54,713 bases of DNA, from positions 1-54,713 of IMG/VR virus record IMGVR_UViG_3300032117_000037, one strand, 5' to 3'. Shown piece by piece: positions 1 through 7,146 of this stretch; within the stretch, counting starts at the first letter, position 1, and each line of letters opens with the position of its first letter. The notes below the pieces were generated by a model. That model searched no databases. It saw only the letters and a list, made by a program, of their open reading frames with translations, and was not told the origin of the DNA. The stretch is from a virus (Duplodnaviria; Caudoviricetes). The translations under genes and the position numbers were made by a program.

Positions 1-2
1 AT

Positions 3-314
3 GAAGAATGGCAATATGTTGAAACTCCAATTTGGGATGCAACTCATTGGGAATACCGCATTAAACCACAACCTAAAGAAATGAACCCAGAACCAAATGA
101 AGAGTTTACATGGTGGTATGAAAGAGTGTTTTTACAAAGCCCTAGTATGTGTGAACTTAAATATGATGATGAAAAGATGTGGCAAGCATGGATAGCGGGA
201 TATAAATTAGGTCGTGACAATGCCTACAAAAGAAAAGATATTCCTATTGAAACCTTTACCATACCAAAAGAAAAACATATACATACCATGAATGAAGAGG
301 TGAATGATGAATGA
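3..314 (+). CDS. hypothetical phage protein, 5'-truncated at window edge
   Basis: The frame of ORF 81..314 stays open back to position 3 (EEWQYVETPIWDATHWEYRIKPQPKE), which contains a P-x-W...EYRIKP motif typical of small phage proteins. Confidence 0.6.
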   Translation, partial: EEWQYVETPIWDATHWEYRIKPQPKEMNPEPNEEFTWWYERVFLQSPSMCELKYDDEKMWQAWIAGYKLGRDNAYKRKDIPIETFTIPKEKHIHTMNEEVNDE

Positions 315-489
315 TCAAGAACAATTAGAAGCTGTTTATGCTGGCATGGCTATGTTAGGATTTATTATTAACGGTGATAAAGAGCTAGAAGATATTCCAG
401 AGCTATCTAAAAAGATGGCTCGTAAAATGATGGAAGAACCTATTAAAGTAGGACTTCCCGCTATCAAAAGGAAAAGAAATGCTAGATGA
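304..489 (+). CDS. hypothetical protein
   Basis: ORF coupled to its neighbours; GAGG RBS; YAGMAMLG motif. Confidence 0.65.
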   Translation: MMNDQEQLEAVYAGMAMLGFIINGDKELEDIPELSKKMARKMMEEPIKVGLPAIKRKRNAR

Positions 490-661
490 ACTTATTAGAT
501 TTGCTGAAGAGCTTTATAAAAAGGATAAAGTAGCTGGAACAGAACTTGGTAAAATCATTCAGGATATTGGTAAACAAGTTCTCTTGCATAATGCTCTTGT
601 AAAAGAAATGAAGGCTACCATTAAAAAACTAGAATCAGAAAAGAAAAGGAGAATGCATTGA
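479..661 (+). CDS. hypothetical protein (coiled-coil C-terminus)
   Basis: Overlapping operon-style ORF. Confidence 0.6.
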   Translation: MLDELIRFAEELYKKDKVAGTELGKIIQDIGKQVLLHNALVKEMKATIKKLESEKKRRMH

Positions 662-879
662 TACCTAATTACCCAGATATTAGTTTTATAGATTTGATTG
701 AAGGCAAACAATGGCACTATATGCCAACAGAAGATATTACAGCCTATGAAATTGCACAATTATTAGAATTATTTACTTATACTGCCATTTACCACAAAGA
801 AAGACCTATTGAATGGAAGTTATATTTAACAAGTAAGAACCTGTTTAAACACTTTAAAGAAACGGAGATTGGACAATGA
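658..879 (+). CDS. hypothetical protein
   Basis: TTG start with AGGAG RBS; overlaps the upstream stop. Confidence 0.6.
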   Translation: MIPNYPDISFIDLIEGKQWHYMPTEDITAYEIAQLLELFTYTAIYHKERPIEWKLYLTSKNLFKHFKETEIGQ

Positions 880-1079
880 ATGCACAAGAACTAGCAGCTA
901 AAGCTAAAGAATATAAAGAAGCTTATATTACAGGTAAGCTATCGCTGGTTGAGTTCAAAGAACTTGTGTCTGATTTAAATCTTGCTAAAGAAATAGATCA
1001 GAATGCATCGCAGTTTGAAGATGATCAACAAGCTAGAACAATCATACTAGATGTGATTCAGATAGTGAGTGCACTATGA
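876..1079 (+). CDS. hypothetical protein
   Basis: GGAG RBS; ATGA coupling. Confidence 0.65.
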   Translation: MNAQELAAKAKEYKEAYITGKLSLVEFKELVSDLNLAKEIDQNASQFEDDQQARTIILDVIQIVSAL

Positions 1080-1432
1080 GATTTCTTCCTTTTGCAGCAA
1101 TTGCTTTAACAGGATGTTCTATTCTTAATATGGCATCTTATGATCCTAATGAATATCAATTAGTCAATATTATTAGAACTGATGCACAAACTATGAAATG
1201 CACACCTGATAATTTAGCTAAACTTAATTATGATATTAAAGCGTTAAAGAACTATTCACAATATCAACCAAACAATGAAGCAACGGTCAAACTTGTAAAC
1301 AATCTTTATACTATTGTAGATGAGCTTAGCCAAAAAGATAAGCCTAGTGAAGTTTATTGTTCTGCTAAATTATCTATGATTGAAATGTCAGCAGAACGTA
1401 TTGAGCGAGCTGTAGGTGGTAAACCAAGATGA
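1076..1432 (+). CDS. putative lipoprotein
   Basis: Signal peptide with lipobox LTG-C; two further Cys; helical. Confidence 0.7.
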   Translation: MRFLPFAAIALTGCSILNMASYDPNEYQLVNIIRTDAQTMKCTPDNLAKLNYDIKALKNYSQYQPNNEATVKLVNNLYTIVDELSQKDKPSEVYCSAKLSMIEMSAERIERAVGGKPR

Positions 1433-1590
1433 GCCATAAAGATATTAAAGATGATGTATGGGATGCTTTGAAAAAAGTATATGGATCAACGCTTTACAGT
1501 GCTAAAGTTTCTGTTATACTAAAGGAACCTAATGGTATTCAGGTTAATATGATCATTAACTTCCCACCTAAAGAGGAGTTTTTTGAGTAA
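1429..1590 (+). CDS. 53-aa hypothetical protein (not in ORF track)
   Basis: MSHKDIKDDVWDALKKVYG...EEFFE; ATGA overlap upstream, TAATG downstream; AGGTGG RBS. Confidence 0.55.
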   Translation: MSHKDIKDDVWDALKKVYGSTLYSAKVSVILKEPNGIQVNMIINFPPKEEFFE

Positions 1591-1679
1591 TGTCGCCTTT
1601 ATTTATATATATGCTACTAGCTTCACTGCTATGTGGCATAGCAATCGGATTTATTATCTATGACGAATTCTTTAAATAG
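1590..1679 (+). CDS. 29-aa single-TM peptide (not in ORF track)
   Basis: MSPLFIYMLLASLLCGIAIGFIIYDEFFK; GAGGAG upstream; TAATG coupling. Confidence 0.45.
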   Translation: MSPLFIYMLLASLLCGIAIGFIIYDEFFK

Positions 1680-1872
1680 TCCCTGTGTTGGCGTATGTCA
1701 AATATGGGACAACAAATGCAAGGGTTGCCATCGCACTATGTACGAAATAGTAAGCTGGTATGACTTTAGCGATGATCAAAAACGTGAAGTGTTAGAAAGG
1801 TTGGAAAATGTACCGAAACAAGAAGCTTCTGGAATTAGTTCGTCAATCTCCCTGTCAAAATTGTGGGATTGA
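1660..1872 (+). CDS. DUF1289-like Cys-rich small protein
   Basis: SPCVGVC...CKGCHRT..EI..W signature. Confidence 0.7.
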   Translation: MTNSLNSPCVGVCQIWDNKCKGCHRTMYEIVSWYDFSDDQKREVLERLENVPKQEASGISSSISLSKLWD

Positions 1873-2095
1873 AAACGGCACTATATGTGCTGCACACTCC
1901 AATCAAATGCGAGATGGAAAAGGAAAGGGAATTAAAGCCCATGATTTCCGTATTGCTGCTCTTTGCCATGAATGCCATGTCAATATAGACTCTGGAAAAG
2001 ATTTAACTCGTGAAGAAAGATTTGATGTATGGGAACGTGCCCACAGAGAAACGATAGGATGGTTATTTTTAAACGATCATTTGGAGATTAAATAA
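1808..2095 (+). CDS. DUF1364/DUF968-like zinc-binding putative nuclease
   Basis: CxxC...AAHSN...GKGIKAHD...LCxxCH..ID pattern. Confidence 0.7.
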   Translation: MYRNKKLLELVRQSPCQNCGIENGTICAAHSNQMRDGKGKGIKAHDFRIAALCHECHVNIDSGKDLTREERFDVWERAHRETIGWLFLNDHLEIK

Positions 2096-2307
2096 TGAAT
2101 CGCTTTGACTTAGAAGAACAGATTATAACGTGTTGGAATATATTAGATGACTTAAAAATGATTGTTGAACCCATGGAAGATAATCATATTGACCGAAAAA
2201 GAATTGAAGCAGTCATTGAACTTTATGATATGAAGTTTCAACATCTATGGGACATATATAGCGAATTAGTAGAGTCATATCAATTTAGGAGTGTTTTTGA
2301 TGAATAA
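2095..2307 (+). CDS. hypothetical phage protein
   Basis: MNRFDLEEQI..CW...DDL motif; GGAG RBS. Confidence 0.65.
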   Translation: MNRFDLEEQIITCWNILDDLKMIVEPMEDNHIDRKRIEAVIELYDMKFQHLWDIYSELVESYQFRSVFDE

Positions 2308-2527
2308 GCCAGAAGCATGGTTGTATGAAGAGTACGATACTAACGGTAAATTAAGAGCAAGACATGTATGGAATCTATTGCCTAATGATTTATCTTACAT
2401 ATCTAAGCTAAAAGATATTGGACATGTTGAAATATCAGCACTTGATAAGGTTGGTGACTCTATTGTGTTTGATAAAGAAAACAAATACAACTCTAAAAAA
2501 CTAACTGAAGCATTTGGAGGGCTATGA
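2291..2527 (+). CDS. hypothetical protein (probable start MNKPEAW at 2300)
   Basis: AGGAG RBS; KP-x-AW N-terminal motif. Confidence 0.6.
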   Translation: MFLMNKPEAWLYEEYDTNGKLRARHVWNLLPNDLSYISKLKDIGHVEISALDKVGDSIVFDKENKYNSKKLTEAFGGL

Positions 2528-2868
2528 AAACTATTATCAATGATGATGCATTACGTGCATGCTATGTTTTTCTTAGGTCTGTCTATCCTTTCAACACATG
2601 GAAGTTACCACCACCATCTAAAGTAAATTTTGAAGTTACTACAGCCACAGAAGTTATGGGAGAATTTGATTGCGACCCGTTAGTGATTCGTCTTTCATCG
2701 GCTAGGCAATCGACAGTAGAAAATCTATTAAGAACGACTGCACATGAACTTGTGCACATGAAGTTTTATTTAGAAGGTAAAGCAAATTATCATCATCACG
2801 ACCAATCATTTAGAAACCATATGAGACAAATTAACACACTCATGGGTTGGGATAAACTTGAACTTTAA
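2524..2868 (+). CDS. SprT-like zinc metallopeptidase
   Basis: HELVH (HExxH) followed by H-x-x-x-F. Confidence 0.65.
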   Translation: MKTIINDDALRACYVFLRSVYPFNTWKLPPPSKVNFEVTTATEVMGEFDCDPLVIRLSSARQSTVENLLRTTAHELVHMKFYLEGKANYHHHDQSFRNHMRQINTLMGWDKLEL

Positions 2869-2879
2869 GAGAGGAAAAT

Positions 2880-3584
2880 ATGAAATATAAATCAGTACTT
2901 GTTATATCAGACTTACACATTCCATACCATCATCCAGATGCGTTTAAATTTTTAACGGCTTTAAAGAAGAAGTACAAACCAGACCATGTAGTCAATATTG
3001 GTGACGAATTAGATATGCATGCGATGTCTATGCATGATTCAGATCCAGACTTATTTTCGGCAGGTCATGAACTTGCTGCATCAATCTCATATATTCAACA
3101 ACTTGAAAAGATCTTTCCAAAGATGACGATTGTTCATTCCAATCACTCATCGATGTTATTTAGACGTGCTTTGAAGCATGGCGTTCCAAAAGGCTACTTA
3201 AGGGACTATAATGAGTATCTCGGTGTAAGTAACAATTGGAAATGGGTGGATGATCATACCATTGATTTATCTGACGGCACTCGTTGCTTTTTTACTCATG
3301 GCTTATCTGCTGACGTTCTTAAAGTAGCTATGCAATATGGCATGCATACTGTTCAAGGACATTATCATACTAAGTTTAGTATTGGTTATTACTCTAATCC
3401 TGATGCGTTAGTCTGGGGCATGCAAGTCGGATGTCTTATCAATCAAAAGTCTATGGCATTCCAATACGCTAAGAACTTTAAAACAAGGTTCATTGTTGGA
3501 TGTGGTATGATACTCGATGGACAACCAAAGCTTATGCCTATGGTGCTTAATTCAAACGGTAAATGGATAGGAAAGTTAGTATAA
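2880..3584 (+). CDS. calcineurin-like metallophosphoesterase
   Basis: DLH, GDELD, SNH, HG and GHYH motifs. Confidence 0.85.
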   Translation: MKYKSVLVISDLHIPYHHPDAFKFLTALKKKYKPDHVVNIGDELDMHAMSMHDSDPDLFSAGHELAASISYIQQLEKIFPKMTIVHSNHSSMLFRRALKHGVPKGYLRDYNEYLGVSNNWKWVDDHTIDLSDGTRCFFTHGLSADVLKVAMQYGMHTVQGHYHTKFSIGYYSNPDALVWGMQVGCLINQKSMAFQYAKNFKTRFIVGCGMILDGQPKLMPMVLNSNGKWIGKLV

Positions 3585-3763
3585 TGGCAACAGAAAAAGT
3601 ACATCCAAGTAAAAAACATCGAGATCCGTTCAAAACAAAGACGGGTAAAGATAATTTAAAAGCTCTTTCTATAAAGCAACTCTACCTATTGTTAGAGAAG
3701 GCTGAAGGAAAGAAAAAACATAAGATAGCTAAAGAAATAGCAAGGAGAACTCCGATTGAGTAA
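3584..3763 (+). CDS. small basic hypothetical protein
   Basis: TAATG coupling gives the start MATEKVHPSKK; Lys-rich. Confidence 0.6.
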   Translation: MATEKVHPSKKHRDPFKTKTGKDNLKALSIKQLYLLLEKAEGKKKHKIAKEIARRTPIE

Positions 3764-3938
3764 ACATCATGAAGCAGGAAAGGGTGATTCACCAAGACCT
3801 ACCAATCAAAAGGCCTTTGATGAGGGCTTTGATCGTATATTTGGTAGACGCATCTTAAATCAAAAAATGTCTAATGATGATCTAGCAGAATATGAGCTCG
3901 ATAAATCAACAGGCGAGGTAACTAAAGTTGCAAAATAA
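3756..3938 (+). CDS. hypothetical phage protein
   Basis: GKGDSPRP...FDEGFDRIFG motif common in phages; AAGGAG RBS. Confidence 0.7.
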   Translation: MSKHHEAGKGDSPRPTNQKAFDEGFDRIFGRRILNQKMSNDDLAEYELDKSTGEVTKVAK

Positions 3939-4047
3939 TACTGATGTTTTTGTTGCGTTTGTAACTGTTATGTGCTTGATATACATACTAGCTGGATTTC
4001 TTAAGGGAATTCTAGCTATCTACGAATACGCACTGTGTTATCTATAA
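3928..4047 (+). CDS. 39-aa membrane peptide (not in ORF track)
   Basis: TTG start with GAGGT RBS; hydrophobic VFVAFVTVMCLIYILAGFL. Confidence 0.4.
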   Translation: MQNNTDVFVAFVTVMCLIYILAGFLKGILAIYEYALCYL

Positions 4048-4535
4048 AATACAAAGCTGACTATGATCGTGGATTTAATGCAGAAGAACGCTTCGCTGAA
4101 GCTTACTTAAATCAAATAATTTGGGCAACCAAAGAACAGGATATGTTCGAGCATTGGGATGTTCAAGGTCTATTTATTGATAACTACTATAAGTTTGATG
4201 TAAAGGCTTTAAAGAAAATTAATCGCTATGATGATTCATTCCAAGATGATATGGCTTGGGTAGAAGGTGTTAACGTCAATGGTGAAAAAGGATGGTTGCA
4301 AGGAAAAGCTGATTATATTGTCTTTGAACGTAACCACGAATGGCTTGTAGTTGAACGTCAGGGACTATTCGACTGGACAACGCACAAGCTTATTAAAAAC
4401 GGATATAAACAAGGTAAAGAGCTTTATAGTGTCTATCAAAGAAAAGGTCGTCAAGACAAACTTACCTTAATTAAATACTCAGATATACCTCAAGAGCATA
4501 TTATTCGTTTAAATAAAAAAAGGGAGACATTTTAA
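4035..4535 (+). CDS. PD-(D/E)xK-like nuclease-fold protein
   Basis: G..AE..F, HWD, FDVKA, WVE and GWLQGKADYI pattern. Confidence 0.55.
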   Translation: MLSIKYKADYDRGFNAEERFAEAYLNQIIWATKEQDMFEHWDVQGLFIDNYYKFDVKALKKINRYDDSFQDDMAWVEGVNVNGEKGWLQGKADYIVFERNHEWLVVERQGLFDWTTHKLIKNGYKQGKELYSVYQRKGRQDKLTLIKYSDIPQEHIIRLNKKRETF

Positions 4536-4546
4536 GCCTCCCTTTC
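4515..4546 (-). terminator. intrinsic terminator downstream of pqqA
   Basis: Minus strand GAAAGGGAGGC-loop-GTCTCCC followed by a T-run. Confidence 0.65.
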
Positions 4547-4597
4547 GGTACCATAACCCCATGCATAAACTAGTTTATCGGGACGAGTATTATACCA

Positions 4598-4669
4598 TTA
4601 TTTATTCATTACGTACATAGTTACTTCAAAGCCAAAACGCATTTCTGTTGCAGTAGGTTTATTCCACAT
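4598..4669 (-). CDS. pqqA: pyrroloquinoline quinone precursor peptide PqqA (23 aa)
   Basis: Manual translation MWNKPTATEMRFGFEVTMYVMNK: MW-x-KP start, R-F-G-F-E-V-T-M-Y with the ExxxY core; strong RBS GAAAGGAG 7 nt upstream; below the ORF-track length cutoff. Confidence 0.93.
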   Translation of the reverse strand: MWNKPTATEMRFGFEVTMYVMNK

Positions 4670-4730
4670 AGTAGTTCTCCTTTCAAGTACAAATGTATCC
4701 TAAAATAGAACAATTTAAATCAAGAAAACC

Positions 4731-5084
4731 ATGAAAATAGAGTACGACTTTCCTTATCCACCAAGCGTAAATCATTACTGGGGAATACACGGTAAAATAC
4801 GCTTTGTAGGTAAGGCTGGATTAGCCTTTAGGAAAGAGGTCTCTATAATAGCTCTAAAACGCACAGAATCGCTCTATAACGCACGATTAAAGGTCAAGGT
4901 ATACCTATACCCTCCCGACAGGAGAAAGCGTGATATAGACAACAATATGAAGAGTCTTTTAGATGCTATGGAACATGCAGGCGTATATGAGAATGATTCT
5001 CAAATAGACGACCTGCATATTATAAGGGGTGAAGTGGTTAAAGGCGGAGCCTGTAAGGTAATCTTAGAAGCTATTTTTTTTTAA
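4731..5084 (+). CDS. rusA: RusA-family Holliday junction resolvase
   Basis: PPSVNHYW, PPDRRKRDIDN..K.LLDA and YENDSQI motifs. Confidence 0.9.
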   Translation: MKIEYDFPYPPSVNHYWGIHGKIRFVGKAGLAFRKEVSIIALKRTESLYNARLKVKVYLYPPDRRKRDIDNNMKSLLDAMEHAGVYENDSQIDDLHIIRGEVVKGGACKVILEAIFF

Positions 5085-7146
5085 ACTTATCTAGTAAGCC
5101 ACCTTTGGCATAGTTATTAGATGCTGCACCGCTAGTAATTGCAGCTAAATCTTGAGCTGTAGGACCAAAATTTTTCATCCATTTTGGTCTTTCGGTAGCA
5201 AGCTTAGTTAGTCCTCTCATGCCTAATTTGCTGTAAGCTCCTAATGCACCTAAAACAGGAGTAACTGGAAGACCAGCCAATAAAGGTGTTCCTGTTAAAG
5301 CAGCTGACATCATAAGTCTATCTGCAGTTCCGCTATTAGGAACTTTAGCACCCAATACGTCTAAACCTGCATTTGCCTGATCTTGCATCATAGCAATACC
5401 TTTTCCAGCACCTTTTCTATCCAAAGCTTTAACTGCTGTTAATAATTGATTGGGAGAATAAATGCCTTTTGTATCTACAGCACTTTGAGCAGCTCTTTCT
5501 AATCTTAAATAACGTTTAAACGCTTCATGAATACCATTTAATTTTTCTGCGTGTGTTGGATTTGCATCTGCCATAACTCCACGAAGAGCAGATTGTAAAT
5601 CTCTATAAGCGTTAGCAATTAATTTATCACCATTACTTTTATAGGCATTCCATGCCAAATTACCAAAGTTACTTTCAGCATCTCTAAATTGCTGACCAGT
5701 CAGTTTATTGCCACCTGATTGCATTGCTTTTTGGTATTCCTCTTCTGTAATAAGACCGTCTTGAAAGCTTCTATTTAAACTATCTTTAAATGAAGCTTCA
5801 TTTTGACTTGCTCTGTCTACGATAAACTTATTGAATGTATCAGTTACTTTTTTAGTTTGATCAGCATCTAATCCTTTAGTGGCTTTTTCTAACTCATCAT
5901 TTAATACACCTAGAGATGATTTATTTGATCCTTCTAAAATATATTTACTATCACCCTCATCAAACAAATGAGGATATTCGTTCATTGCTTGTTCTTTTAA
6001 TTCTGTTTTAAATGAACCATCTTCATTAAAATAATGTGGCATATTTTCTTTGTTAAGAAGAGTCTTATCAAGATCAAGTTCTAGTTTTGGAGATATATCT
6101 TTATAGGCGTTGGTCACTTTATTATAGACATCATCTACAAGTTCATGTCCTGCTTCTGCTCTAGGATTAACTTTAATAAGTTGTTCTTCTAATGCTTTTG
6201 CTGCTTTTTTATCGCCTCTAGCCAATGCTTCTGCTATTTTTTCCCTAACTTCATTATTCATTGGTTCTATAACATGGTTAGCAATAGCTTTATTAAAATC
6301 TGCAATAGATGTTTTTCTACCTTCTGCCATAATTGAACCTAAGATAGGACGGCTTGATAAAGATTGTTCTGCACTTAAAAGTCCAGGACCTAAGTCAATA
6401 CCAAATAAAGAGACATCTGATAGCAATTGAGCTGGAGTAAAATGCTTTACGCCCATATCTTTAAGTTGTTGTAATCTTGCTCCTACAATAGGAGAGAATA
6501 GCATTTGTGATCCTTTACCAAATACGCCACCCAATGCAGCACCTTCAGCAATGTCTTTAGCTTTATTCTCTAAAAATGTTTCATAATCATTGCTACCTTT
6601 TGTATCGGTAGGCATTAATGCAGATATACCAGCACCTGCTACAGCACTTCTTGTTAATGGACTCATTTTATTAAAAGCATTTATTTCTGGTGTTAATACT
6701 CCTCCACCAATTAAACCTGCTAATTCTCCACCAAATTCTGCAACCCCAACTCCTCTGCGACCAGTTTTTCTAGCATCACTTTCAACGGTAGCTAAGTAGT
6801 CAGCTGGTTCATTTATACCAGCCCATTGTGCTACACCTGCAACAGGTTTTACAAAACCACTAAGATATGCTGCAGTTAATGGATATTTGGCACCAATAGA
6901 ATTATGACTTCTCATCATTTCATCTATATCAGAAGATGCCATAGTAGATTGTAAGGATGGTTTACTTCCTATACCGCTTACTATATTTGAAATATCTACC
7001 ATCTCATCACTTGACAATGGCTTAGATGGTCCAGATGGAATACCTAAATGATTATGAACAGCATTTTGAATAACGCTGCTACTAGTTCCAGCAGGGAAAT
7101 GCAGCTCAGTGCCGTCATGCATTTGGGCTATAACATCATCACTCAT
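5071..7146 (-). CDS. large internal virion / DNA ejection protein
   Basis: Last gene of the late operon; Gly/Ala-rich membrane-active segments; PNSGTADR motif; ends YAKGG... Confidence 0.65.
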   Translation of the reverse strand: MSDDVIAQMHDGTELHFPAGTSSSVIQNAVHNHLGIPSGPSKPLSSDEMVDISNIVSGIGSKPSLQSTMASSDIDEMMRSHNSIGAKYPLTAAYLSGFVKPVAGVAQWAGINEPADYLATVESDARKTGRRGVGVAEFGGELAGLIGGGVLTPEINAFNKMSPLTRSAVAGAGISALMPTDTKGSNDYETFLENKAKDIAEGAALGGVFGKGSQMLFSPIVGARLQQLKDMGVKHFTPAQLLSDVSLFGIDLGPGLLSAEQSLSSRPILGSIMAEGRKTSIADFNKAIANHVIEPMNNEVREKIAEALARGDKKAAKALEEQLIKVNPRAEAGHELVDDVYNKVTNAYKDISPKLELDLDKTLLNKENMPHYFNEDGSFKTELKEQAMNEYPHLFDEGDSKYILEGSNKSSLGVLNDELEKATKGLDADQTKKVTDTFNKFIVDRASQNEASFKDSLNRSFQDGLITEEEYQKAMQSGGNKLTGQQFRDAESNFGNLAWNAYKSNGDKLIANAYRDLQSALRGVMADANPTHAEKLNGIHEAFKRYLRLERAAQSAVDTKGIYSPNQLLTAVKALDRKGAGKGIAMMQDQANAGLDVLGAKVPNSGTADRLMMSAALTGTPLLAGLPVTPVLGALGAYSKLGMRGLTKLATERPKWMKNFGPTAQDLAAITSGAASNNYAKGGLLDKFKKK

